Of a stretch of DNA of 31,456 bases, positions 13,597 through 22,614 are shown in pieces. Positions within the stretch are counted from its first letter, which is position 1. Each line of letters begins with the position of its first letter. Origin of the DNA: a virus; the IMG/VR virus record IMGVR_UViG_3300045988_128093, positions 1 through 31,456 of that record; one strand, given 5' to 3'. The notes below the pieces were generated by a model. The model did no database searches and was not told where the DNA came from. It saw nothing but the letters and a program-made list of their open reading frames with translations. The position numbers and the translations under genes are program-made.

Positions 13597-14733
13597 ATGA
13601 AAATAGAGAAAATCGCTATCAAAGAAATAAAACCGAATGAGAATAATGCAAAGCTCCATCCACAGTGGCAGCTCGACCAGATAAAAGAAAGTATAGTTCA
13701 ATTCGGTAATAATGATCCTATCGCCATTGATGAAAATAATGTTGTGATAGAAGGTCACGGAAGATTGATGGCACTGGAGCAATTAGGCTATGAAGAGGCT
13801 GAAATTATAAGGCTCGAACACCTAACGGAAGAGCAGAAGAGCGCATACATTCTGGCACACAACAAGCTCACCATGAACACTGATTTTGATTTAGAAATCC
13901 TAGAAGAAGAACTGGGCAAAATTAAATCAATTGATATGCAAGATTTTGGCTTCGAACTCACACTTGATTTAGAAGAGATAGAAGCTGAAGAGGATGAATA
14001 CCTCGGAACATCACCAGCAGAACCACGCACGAAGTATGGTGATATATTTCAACTTGGACGACACAGATTGATGTGTGGTGATGCAACAAACATTGATGAT
14101 GTAAATTTGCTGCTGGATGATTGCAAAATAGATGTTGTGTTGACAGACCCGCCATATGGAATCAACGTTGTAACAGACAGTGGGAAGGTGGGAGCAAAAT
14201 TCAAAGTAACAGTTGCAAAAAAAGGAGATTATGAAAAGATAATCGCTGATGAAACAACAGATACCGCGCAAGAGGCGTGCGATATACTGCTAACAATATG
14301 TGATAGATGCATTATATGGGGGGGCAACTACTTCACAGAGTTTTTGCCGTTTAGCGATAGCTATCTTGTATGGGATAAAAGAGTTGATAGTGGTATCAGA
14401 AATACATTCGCTGATGGTGAGCTTGCGTGGTGTAGCTTTAAAACACCAGTACGAATCTATCATCAGTTATGGAATGGCATGATAAGAGAGGGCGAACAGG
14501 AGAAGAGAGTGCATCCAACTCAAAAGCCTGTAAGAATGCTTGGCGATATTTTGAAAGACTTTTCAGATGAAGACGACAATATTTTAGATGTATTTGGTGG
14601 AAGCGGTTCAACACTTATTGCATGTGAGCAGTTAGGTAGAAATTGCTTTGTAATGGAGATGAGTCCAAAGTATTGTGATGTAATAATTGATAGATGGGAA
14701 AAGTACACAGGCGAAATTGCAAAGCGAATATAA
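13597..14733 (+). CDS. ParB-like nuclease domain fused to an N6-adenine/N4-cytosine DNA methyltransferase (beta class)
   Basis: N-terminal ParBc-like region (IKPNENNAKLHP...GHGRL). Motif IV VLTDPPYG precedes the SAM-binding motif I LDVFGGSGSTLIACEQLGR. Confidence 0.9.
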   Translation: MKIEKIAIKEIKPNENNAKLHPQWQLDQIKESIVQFGNNDPIAIDENNVVIEGHGRLMALEQLGYEEAEIIRLEHLTEEQKSAYILAHNKLTMNTDFDLEILEEELGKIKSIDMQDFGFELTLDLEEIEAEEDEYLGTSPAEPRTKYGDIFQLGRHRLMCGDATNIDDVNLLLDDCKIDVVLTDPPYGINVVTDSGKVGAKFKVTVAKKGDYEKIIADETTDTAQEACDILLTICDRCIIWGGNYFTEFLPFSDSYLVWDKRVDSGIRNTFADGELAWCSFKTPVRIYHQLWNGMIREGEQEKRVHPTQKPVRMLGDILKDFSDEDDNILDVFGGSGSTLIACEQLGRNCFVMEMSPKYCDVIIDRWEKYTGEIAKRI

Positions 14734-14748
14734 CTAGGAGTAGATAGT

Positions 14749-15216
14749 GTGGCTAATGGCAAGTATAAAGAATGGCTGAATAAAGATAAGTTGAAGCAAC
14801 TAGAGCACATGGCTCGCAATGGTGCGCGCGACATCGACATAGCCAAGAAGATTGGAATAAGTAAGGTCACATTGTACGAATGGAAGAAGAGATTTCCAGA
14901 GTTCGCAGAAGCTCTCAAAAAGGGCAAGGACGAATATGATGATGAGGTTGAAGAGGCTTTATATAACCTCACTAAAGGTTATTACGTTGAAGAAGAAACT
15001 GTGAAGATAGAAGAGGACGAAGAGGGCAACAGAACGATTGTTCGCAAGAAAACAAAACGATATATCACTCCGAGTGTAACAGCTATAATTTACTGGCTAC
15101 AGAACAGGAGAGGCGATAGATGGAAGACGAAAGCAACAGAGTTCCAGAATAATCAAACGCAGATTAATAAAGAACGTTTGAAGCTCGAAAAAGAAAAGCA
15201 AGAGGATAAGTGGTAA
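14749..15216 (+). CDS. HTH-type terminase small subunit-like protein (GTG start)
   Basis: DIDIAKKIGISKVTLYEWKKRFPEFAEALKKGK and TAIIYWLQNRRGDRWK, as in HTH-type TerS proteins of Firmicutes phages. Confidence 0.55.
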   Translation: MANGKYKEWLNKDKLKQLEHMARNGARDIDIAKKIGISKVTLYEWKKRFPEFAEALKKGKDEYDDEVEEALYNLTKGYYVEEETVKIEEDEEGNRTIVRKKTKRYITPSVTAIIYWLQNRRGDRWKTKATEFQNNQTQINKERLKLEKEKQEDKW

Positions 15217-15231
15217 TAGTAGGAGAAGAAC

Positions 15232-15891
15232 ATGCCAGCACATTGCAAGGAGATTGATGCATTCTATCACTCGAAAGCATGGAGAGATTTATCATACTTG
15301 TTAAGGCTAAATAGTGGCAAGTGCCAGCGGTGTGGGCGCGTTGCTGATATGAAGCAGCTACATGCGCATCATAAGGTGCTTCTAACACCATCAAATGTTA
15401 ATGATGCGAGCATATCATTAAATCCAGATAACATTGAGATTCTATGCAATAGTTGCCACGATGAAGAACATAATCGCTTCGGCTACACAGAGCATCACAT
15501 ATATATAATCTATGGTGCGCCTTGTAGTGGCAAGACAACATATGCATTAGAGCGAATGAGCACGAATGATATCATTGTTGATTTAGATATGATATATGAA
15601 ATGCTTACAGGACAAGACGGACACGAGCACAGTGATGGGCTGCGCTTTATTGCATTTAAGATACGCGATACATTATATGACATAATCAAAACGAGATACG
15701 GAAGATTTAATGATGCATACATTGTGGCTGGCTTGCCGCATCGAGGTGAGCGCGAGGCACTTGCTCGCAGACTAGGAGCAGAGCTAGTACACATAGACAC
15801 GAGCGAGGGTGAATGCATCAAGAGAGCAGAGGGGAGACCAACACATACTACACAAATAATAAAAAATTATTTTGTAAATTTTGAAGAGTGA
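15232..15891 (+). CDS. HNH endonuclease fused to a P-loop (polynucleotide-kinase-like) domain
   Basis: N-terminus CQRCG...HAHHKV...NIEILCNSCHDEEH (HNH). C-terminus IYIIYGAPCSGKTTYA (Walker A) with a Pnk/AAA_33-like layout. Confidence 0.8.
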   Translation: MPAHCKEIDAFYHSKAWRDLSYLLRLNSGKCQRCGRVADMKQLHAHHKVLLTPSNVNDASISLNPDNIEILCNSCHDEEHNRFGYTEHHIYIIYGAPCSGKTTYALERMSTNDIIVDLDMIYEMLTGQDGHEHSDGLRFIAFKIRDTLYDIIKTRYGRFNDAYIVAGLPHRGEREALARRLGAELVHIDTSEGECIKRAEGRPTHTTQIIKNYFVNFEE

Positions 15892-15994
15892 CCCCCCATC
15901 ATTGATGATTGAGAGAGGTCCTATAGAACCGAGCCCCCTCACCAAAAACATCCGCATCGAAATTTTGACTTTTTGATTTTGAAATTTTGAGAAA
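15892..15994. other. Candidate cos / terminase recognition region
   Basis: C6 run (15892-15897). Palindrome ATCAT-TG-ATGAT (15898-15909). Near-palindrome GGTCCTATAGAACC (15917-15930). GC-rich GAGCCCCCTCACC. Four TTTTGA repeats (15963-15990). It lies between HNH and the P27-type terS. Confidence 0.4.
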
Positions 15995-16369
15995 GTGAAA
16001 AATCTAATGACAGAAAAAGAGATAAAGCAAGAAGAGCAGAAAATCGCGAAACTAAATGAATATTATCTTGAATTATTTTGCCCGCCAGACGAAGATAACG
16101 AAGGGTGCAAAGAATTCGACAAGATGAAGGGATTGATTTTAAACCTTGCAAGATGTGAAGCTGGGCTTGAACAGTTGCATGAGGCACTGCAAGAGAGTGG
16201 CGGCATAGTGTTGAGACACCCTCGCAATCCTCAACTCCTGAAAGCTAATCCGCTCAATGCTGAAATCTTAAAGCAAAGAGCACAGATGGTGAACATCATG
16301 CAGATGCTTGAGCGCCATCTAGGCAGTAATGCTGATTATGAAGAGGACGAATTGAATGAATTTATGTAA
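15995..16369 (+). CDS. terS: Terminase small subunit, P27 family
   Basis: RHPRNPQLLKANPLNAEILKQRAQMVNIMQMLERHLG resembles the conserved core of P27-family TerS. The start is ambiguous (GTG 15995 or ATG 16007). Confidence 0.65.
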   Translation: MKNLMTEKEIKQEEQKIAKLNEYYLELFCPPDEDNEGCKEFDKMKGLILNLARCEAGLEQLHEALQESGGIVLRHPRNPQLLKANPLNAEILKQRAQMVNIMQMLERHLGSNADYEEDELNEFM

Positions 16370-18065
16370 AAAGAGTGGCACACACTCTTTTTTAATTGAA
16401 TACGCAAATAAGATACAGAGTGGCGAAATCCCTGCGTGTTGGTGGATTAAGCTGCAATACAAGTTGCTGCTTGAAGATATTGAAAAGCCAGATGAAATCT
16501 TTGATGTTGAAGAGGCTCACAAGCGAATTAGATTCATTGAGGCAAAGTGCAAGCATACGAAATCGCCATTCGCCGGGAAGCCTGTTTATTTAGAACTCTG
16601 GGAAAAAGCTATTATTGAAGCTGCATATGGCTTCTATGTGCTTAATGAAAATGGCGAGCGCATACGGAAATACACATATGTACTTCTTTTCATTCCGAGA
16701 AAAAATGGCAAATCAACATTGGCCGCAGCTCTAGGCAATGCAGAATTCTTTTGCGGCAACTGGGGAACTGTGATATTTTGCGCCAGCAATGACTATGAGC
16801 AAGCTGATATCGTATTCACCGAAATTGATTCGATGCGTGATTTATCGGCATCACTTGAAAGAGTGACAAGACGAAATAACACAGGCATCTATTTTGGCAA
16901 CAGGAAACAGAGACGAAAAACAGGAAAATTCAGCAAACAAAATAAAGCTGAAATCAAGAAGATATCCGCGCGAAAAAAAGGCAAGGAAGGGCGCAACATT
17001 GACTTGGCGATTGTTGATGAATCACACGAAATGGAAGATGAAACACTTATCGAACCGCTAGTGCAATCAATGAGCACCAAGGATGAATGCTTGATGATTG
17101 AAATAACCACGGAAGGCACGGTTGACGATGGGCATCTTGACAAGAAGATTCAAGAGGCAAAAGCTGTGCTAAAAGGTGAGCGCGAGCGAGGCCAATCGCT
17201 ATATTTTCTGTACACGATGGATAATGAAGAGGAAGTCTGGACGAATCCTGATAGCTGGGTGAAAGCTAATCCGAATCTTGGTGTATCAAAGAAGATGCGC
17301 TATTTAACTAGAGAAGTTGAAGAGGCTAGAGGCAGCTCGACAAAGAGAAGCTGGACACTGTGCAAGGATTTTAACATCAAGCAATCAAACGCGAATGCCT
17401 GGCTAGATCCAGAAATCATCAGAAATGAAAAAACATTCGACATGGAAGATGTGCGAGGGCGCATGTATCTGGGCGGAGTTGATTTAGCTGTTACAACAGA
17501 CCTTATGTGTCTAACAATGCTATTTCAGCCAGAATCAGAATTTCTGGCGCATCAACATTTCTGGATGCCGAAGAGCAAGCTTGAATATCGCAATGATGAA
17601 AAAGCTGGCGCTAACTATGAGCAATGGGCGCGCGATGGATGGATAACAATTGTTGATGATGTTGATATCGATACAGCAATTGTTGCTGATTATGAATATC
17701 AGATGTATAAGGAGTTCGGAGTGCTGCCATTTAAGGGCGGTTATGATAATAGATTTGCTAAATCGTACATCAAGCGACACAAAGAATTATTCGGTGATGG
17801 CATACTTGAAAATGTGCCTCAAGATGCAAAAGGGCTTTCAAATCCAATGAACAACACCGAAGAGAACTTGAGGCAAAAGAAAATCAATTATCAGAACAAC
17901 CCTGTGACATATTGGTGCTTCAAAAATTGCAGTTATAAACAAGATAATATAGGGCGCATCATGCCGAAGCGAATCAAGCGCGAAATGAAAATAGACGGAG
18001 CAGCATCCTACCTTGATGCTGTTTTTGTTTATCAAAGTTACAGAAATGAATATTCAATGATTTAG
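16356..18065 (+). CDS. terL: Terminase large subunit
   Basis: Walker A PRKNGKST, Walker B LAIVDESHE; size and position fit. Confidence 0.9.
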   Translation: MNLCKKSGTHSFLIEYANKIQSGEIPACWWIKLQYKLLLEDIEKPDEIFDVEEAHKRIRFIEAKCKHTKSPFAGKPVYLELWEKAIIEAAYGFYVLNENGERIRKYTYVLLFIPRKNGKSTLAAALGNAEFFCGNWGTVIFCASNDYEQADIVFTEIDSMRDLSASLERVTRRNNTGIYFGNRKQRRKTGKFSKQNKAEIKKISARKKGKEGRNIDLAIVDESHEMEDETLIEPLVQSMSTKDECLMIEITTEGTVDDGHLDKKIQEAKAVLKGERERGQSLYFLYTMDNEEEVWTNPDSWVKANPNLGVSKKMRYLTREVEEARGSSTKRSWTLCKDFNIKQSNANAWLDPEIIRNEKTFDMEDVRGRMYLGGVDLAVTTDLMCLTMLFQPESEFLAHQHFWMPKSKLEYRNDEKAGANYEQWARDGWITIVDDVDIDTAIVADYEYQMYKEFGVLPFKGGYDNRFAKSYIKRHKELFGDGILENVPQDAKGLSNPMNNTEENLRQKKINYQNNPVTYWCFKNCSYKQDNIGRIMPKRIKREMKIDGAASYLDAVFVYQSYRNEYSMI

Positions 18066-18073
18066 GAGCGAAG

Positions 18074-19306
18074 ATGAAATTAAAAGAATGGCTAGCCGAC
18101 AAGCTCGGCATATCGCAAATAAACGGAAGCGGCTCTAGTTATCCGCTTGGCAGTCCAACAATTTTACAAGGGATAGGCGGTAACGATATCTATCTATCTG
18201 ATTTTATCAATAACTGCATAGATAGAACTGCCAGTGAGATTTCTAAAATCAAAATTAAATCAGTTGTTGTTGGTGAGGGCACAGCAGTTGCGAATGATGA
18301 TATCACAAGGCTATTCAGATATAAGCCTAACGAGTATCAGACAACAAGTGACTTTTTGGCAGCGATTGAATGGACCAGAAGAAAGCACATGAATTGCTGG
18401 ATATATCCAAAATACGAATGGCGAAGAACCGCTAGCGGAAATTTAATCAAGTGGTACAAAGCATTTTATGTATTATCACCCAAAACTGTTGATGTTGGCA
18501 TTGGTGATGATTACATCGAAATCAAAATGACCTTCGCAGATGGTTCAACATTCACTCTCCCGGAGAGCGAGCTAATCAACATCAAGTGGCGAAGAGGAAC
18601 TAACATGGTGCTGGGCGGTAATGATTACGGAAGGCCAGATGATGCGAATGTGATGCACAGTGTAGATGCTTTGCATAAGACAATTGAAGGGCTGCCGAAA
18701 TCAATCGAGGCAAGTTTACAAATTAAAGGTGTATATGCTGTAAAGTCAATTGTTGATGGCGAAAAGCTCAATTCAACTCGTGATAGTTTTGAATCACACA
18801 TAATGAAGAGTAAGACGGGCATTATCGCAACGGATCTTGCTGGCGATTTTACACCAATAAAAATTGATTTCGCACAGGTTGACAGCGGCACACTTAAATT
18901 TCTAAAAGAAAATGTGTGCGAGCGATACGGAGTATCATTGGCTATTCTGTCTGGCGAATACGATTCAGAAGACTATACAAGTTTTTATCAGAGCTGTATC
19001 GAGCCATTTATTAAGCAGTTTGAAGAGGCATTCACCGCACATTGTTTTACTGAACGCGAAAAAGACGTGGGACATCAAGTGCGATGCTATTTTCTTATGC
19101 TGCAGAGACTGACACCACAAGACAGCATCAGCCTTGCGACACTCGCAACAAACACAGGGCTAATGTATCTTGACGAAATCAGAACAGAGCTATTTGGACT
19201 TGAGCCGTTGCCAGATGGTGAAGGCCACACAAGAATGCAATCACTTAATTTTGTTAATACTGATAATGCAGCAGATTATCAAGTGGGGAAAGGAACTAAA
19301 GAATAA
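18074..19306 (+). CDS. Portal protein (HK97 family)
   Basis: 410 aa, directly after terL and before the prohead protease. Confidence 0.8.
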   Translation: MKLKEWLADKLGISQINGSGSSYPLGSPTILQGIGGNDIYLSDFINNCIDRTASEISKIKIKSVVVGEGTAVANDDITRLFRYKPNEYQTTSDFLAAIEWTRRKHMNCWIYPKYEWRRTASGNLIKWYKAFYVLSPKTVDVGIGDDYIEIKMTFADGSTFTLPESELINIKWRRGTNMVLGGNDYGRPDDANVMHSVDALHKTIEGLPKSIEASLQIKGVYAVKSIVDGEKLNSTRDSFESHIMKSKTGIIATDLAGDFTPIKIDFAQVDSGTLKFLKENVCERYGVSLAILSGEYDSEDYTSFYQSCIEPFIKQFEEAFTAHCFTEREKDVGHQVRCYFLMLQRLTPQDSISLATLATNTGLMYLDEIRTELFGLEPLPDGEGHTRMQSLNFVNTDNAADYQVGKGTKE

Positions 19307-19923
19307 TGAGCAAGCCGAAATTTGAAAGAAGAATGATGGAGATTAGAGCGACCGATGAAGAGGGAATGAATATTGAGGGACGCGCCATCGTATTTAATTC
19401 ACCACAGACATATCAGTTTGGAGATGAAGAGTATACAGAAATAATTGCACCGGGCGCACTAGACAACACGGATATGCGTGATGTGCCGCTTAGATACAAT
19501 CACCATGATGAATTCCTTATCATGGCAAGAACGAGAAACAAGAGCCTTGAGCTCATCAAGAGCCATGAGGGGCTAGATATCGTTTCAGAGTTAATTGATA
19601 CATCATCTAACAGAGATGTATATACATCAATTAAGAGTGGGCTGCTAGACAAAATGAGCTTCGCTTTTACTACTCGCAAAGGAACAGACAAATGGGAGTA
19701 TGTTGAAGAGGGCGACAAGCTCAAAATAACCAGAACTATCACGGACATCGAAAAGCTCTATGATGTGAGCGTTGTAGATGTGCCATTTTATGATAGCACC
19801 TCAATTTATGCGAGGAGCTTTGAATTGCTGGATAGCGAGAAGAAGAGCCGCATGGATGATGCGAATGATTTTGAATTGAGGAAAAAGAAGTTAGAACTTG
19901 AAGCAATGTATAAGATGATCTAA
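19306..19923 (+). CDS. Prohead serine protease (HK97 / S78 family)
   Basis: EGRAIVFNSPQ...IIAPGAL...VPLRYNHH pattern, and its position between portal and capsid genes. Confidence 0.8.
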   Translation: MSKPKFERRMMEIRATDEEGMNIEGRAIVFNSPQTYQFGDEEYTEIIAPGALDNTDMRDVPLRYNHHDEFLIMARTRNKSLELIKSHEGLDIVSELIDTSSNRDVYTSIKSGLLDKMSFAFTTRKGTDKWEYVEEGDKLKITRTITDIEKLYDVSVVDVPFYDSTSIYARSFELLDSEKKSRMDDANDFELRKKKLELEAMYKMI

Positions 19924-19938
19924 TTAAGGAGAAAAGCA

Positions 19939-21147
19939 ATGAAGACATTAAAAGAACTACTAGAGATGAGAGCTGCGAAGATTGCAGAAATCGCAGAGGC
20001 TAAAAGCGAAGAAGCGCTGAACGAAATCAAGCTAGAGCTAAAGAAGCTTGATGCGCAGATTGAAGAGGCTAGAAAGCTTGAAGAGAAGACACCAGAGGAG
20101 AAAGCAGCAGAAGAGAGATCTAGTGCACAGCCAGAAATCGTGAAGACAAATCACGATGCAGAGAAGGTGGAGCAGAAGGGCATTGACCTCGATAAGCTAG
20201 CTGCTGAAATCAGAAGCGGAAAGACAACTGTAATTTCAGCAGAAGCACAGAGAGAGATACAGAAGAGAGCAATCGCATCTTCTTCCACACAGAAGCCGAC
20301 AGCATACAAGGAAACACTAGAGGAAGCACCGAACCAGGTCGCACAGGCAATTGACCTTGTTGCACACGTTCCAATGAAGGGCGCTGCAAGATATGAAGTA
20401 GCATTCGAAGTTGATGTTGCTGATGCAGATTACACTGCAGAGGCTGGAGCATACACAACAGCAGAAGGCACATTCAACACCAACGATACTGTTGCAACAA
20501 AGCTGACAGCAAAGGCTATTGTTAATGAAGAGGTGAAGGAGCTCAATACAATTGATTACCTCGATGCAATCATTAACAATGTGAAGAAGTCACTACGCAA
20601 GAAGGCGTCAAAAGAGATTGTTGCTGGCGATGGAACAACTGGGCATCTTCGCGGAATCGCAAACGCACCAGCAAAAGTTATGCCAGCAGATTATAAGTTA
20701 GATGTTAGGGCATTCGACAAGAACACACTCCGCAACATCATCATGGCATATGGTGGCGATGAGGATGTAACATCTCCACTTACACTCTTTCTAAACAAGA
20801 ACACACTTAATGAGTTTCTTGCTGTTGAGCTCAAGAGTGGAGACCCAGCGTATAATGTGAAGTTTGAAGGAACAGGCGGCACAATCTCCGAGGCGAAGGG
20901 CGGACTAGAAGTGCCATTCTCAATCAATAGCGGTTTCAAGGCATTCTCTGCAGAGGTAGCGGGCAAGACATTCGCTGTATACGGAGATCCGCAGAAGTAT
21001 GAGCTTCCAGAGTTCTCCGACATGATAGTTGTAGAAAATGACGCAATCTACCAGGACAAAGGACAGATTGCATTCTTCGGACATCAGCATCTAGGCGGAG
21101 TCGTTGCTGGCTACAAAGCATTCTTGCCAATTAAGAAGCTCGCATAG
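19939..21147 (+). CDS. Major capsid protein (HK97 fold) with an N-terminal coiled-coil delta domain
   Basis: 402 aa. Charged helical N-terminus of about 100 aa. Position. Confidence 0.85.
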   Translation: MKTLKELLEMRAAKIAEIAEAKSEEALNEIKLELKKLDAQIEEARKLEEKTPEEKAAEERSSAQPEIVKTNHDAEKVEQKGIDLDKLAAEIRSGKTTVISAEAQREIQKRAIASSSTQKPTAYKETLEEAPNQVAQAIDLVAHVPMKGAARYEVAFEVDVADADYTAEAGAYTTAEGTFNTNDTVATKLTAKAIVNEEVKELNTIDYLDAIINNVKKSLRKKASKEIVAGDGTTGHLRGIANAPAKVMPADYKLDVRAFDKNTLRNIIMAYGGDEDVTSPLTLFLNKNTLNEFLAVELKSGDPAYNVKFEGTGGTISEAKGGLEVPFSINSGFKAFSAEVAGKTFAVYGDPQKYELPEFSDMIVVENDAIYQDKGQIAFFGHQHLGGVVAGYKAFLPIKKLA

Positions 21148-21164
21148 TTCGAGAGGTGGAGCAG

Positions 21165-21452
21165 ATGAATGCAAAACTAACAAGCAAAATCAAAATGCGT
21201 GTGGGCATCGTCTATTCCACACCAGAACAAGATGAGATGATTAACAGCATGATTGAGGCGGCCCAAGCCGCCTTGATTAATGCTGGATGGCGCAGAAGTG
21301 ATTTTGAAGAGGATGCGCAAAAAGGCATCAAGAATGAACAGGCGATTGAGGCAATTGCCAAAATCGTAAAAAGAAATCTGAATACAGAGGCGGACCATTC
21401 TGCAATAGATCCAATGCTGATATTTGATATCGGACAGAATCGAGGTGTATAA
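21165..21452 (+). CDS. Head-tail connector (gp6-like)
   Basis: Start moved to the ATG after AGGTGG. DEMINSMIEAAQAALINAG resembles the gp6-like connector motif. Confidence 0.55.
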   Translation: MNAKLTSKIKMRVGIVYSTPEQDEMINSMIEAAQAALINAGWRRSDFEEDAQKGIKNEQAIEAIAKIVKRNLNTEADHSAIDPMLIFDIGQNRGV

Positions 21453-21453
21453 G

Positions 21454-21843
21454 ATGCGAATTGATACACCACTAGAATTCTATATCGTAGATCAAGATGA
21501 ATATGTTGCTGGCGGATACAATCAAACAAGATGGAAGAAGGTCGCGGAAGACAACGGAGCAACAACATATTATGCAAGTTGGAGCGGTACATATGGAGCT
21601 GTTCAAGCTGCCGCTATGACAGCGGGAATTACAGAGAGTGTGAATGTGCGCATGCCGTTCGCACCAAATCTATATGAGGCCCTAGCACACAGGCGAGTTG
21701 TTGTTGCAAAGAATGGTGCTGATATTCTCAAGGACGGACAGCCAGACAGATTGAATCCGAACTGTTATGAATTGTATTCAGGAGTAAATGAAAAGCAAAA
21801 TCGCATGATGAATTTCATGCTGAAGAGGTATGAAGGGAAATAG
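21454..21843 (+). CDS. Head closure / head-tail adaptor protein
   Basis: Start moved to MRIDTPLEF after GAGGTG. The call rests on position. Confidence 0.45.
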   Translation: MRIDTPLEFYIVDQDEYVAGGYNQTRWKKVAEDNGATTYYASWSGTYGAVQAAAMTAGITESVNVRMPFAPNLYEALAHRRVVVAKNGADILKDGQPDRLNPNCYELYSGVNEKQNRMMNFMLKRYEGK

Positions 21844-21845
21844 CT

Positions 21846-22226
21846 ATGTTCGCAGTTAATGGCGATTTAATTTTGAAGAAAGCGCTAGACGATGCGATCT
21901 ATCCGCAAGTGAAAACTTATGCGGGTAAATTGCCAGATCTAGAATCTGCACCAAGAGAATTTTGCGTGTATTCTGTGAGCTCAATGCCATCGCAGACATA
22001 TCAAGATGATGTGTTAGTTGCCGGGCAAGATAAATTAATCTTGAGATATTATCATGCGCGAAGCATGAACCTCAAAGAGGTTAGAGCTCGAGAAAGAGAA
22101 ATATTAAACGCGCTAATCAATGCGGAATTCACATGCCCTGGTGGCGCATTTGAACTAGGCGACATTGACGGAATAGGCTATGACACAACAGGCTACGAAC
22201 TGTTGTATTTTTCGTGGGGGTTGTAA
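21846..22226 (+). CDS. Neck/tail-completion protein (hypothetical)
   Basis: Position only. Confidence 0.4.
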   Translation: MFAVNGDLILKKALDDAIYPQVKTYAGKLPDLESAPREFCVYSVSSMPSQTYQDDVLVAGQDKLILRYYHARSMNLKEVRAREREILNALINAEFTCPGGAFELGDIDGIGYDTTGYELLYFSWGL

Positions 22227-22601
22227 ATGAAATGTACAATGGCCAACTTCGACATCCTTGTTGATGAAATTTTGGAAGAAGCGGGCATGCAAGTTGTTAA
22301 GCTAACAGATAAAGCTGTGGACGAAGCTGCGGACCTAGTTAAGGCGAAATTAGAAAATGCGTCACCTAGCGGAGCTGGTAGTGGCGGGCATCTTGCATCG
22401 AAGTGGAAAATCAAGAAGGGCGCGCATAAAAGAATTATAACCAACACAAAGAAAGTTAGAGGAAAGGGCGGCACATCTGTGCCGCTTGTGAATATTCTTG
22501 AATATTCAACTAAACATGGGCATCCATTTGTTGATTCAACGATATCTGGATGCGCTAATGATGTTCGAAGAATATTTGAAGAAAATATTGATTTAAAGTA
22601 A
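22227..22601 (+). CDS. HK97 gp10-like tail-completion protein
   Basis: Size and position; the GHLASKWKIKK segment resembles the gp10 family. Confidence 0.5.
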   Translation: MKCTMANFDILVDEILEEAGMQVVKLTDKAVDEAADLVKAKLENASPSGAGSGGHLASKWKIKKGAHKRIITNTKKVRGKGGTSVPLVNILEYSTKHGHPFVDSTISGCANDVRRIFEENIDLK

Positions 22602-22614
22602 AGGAGAAACGAAA

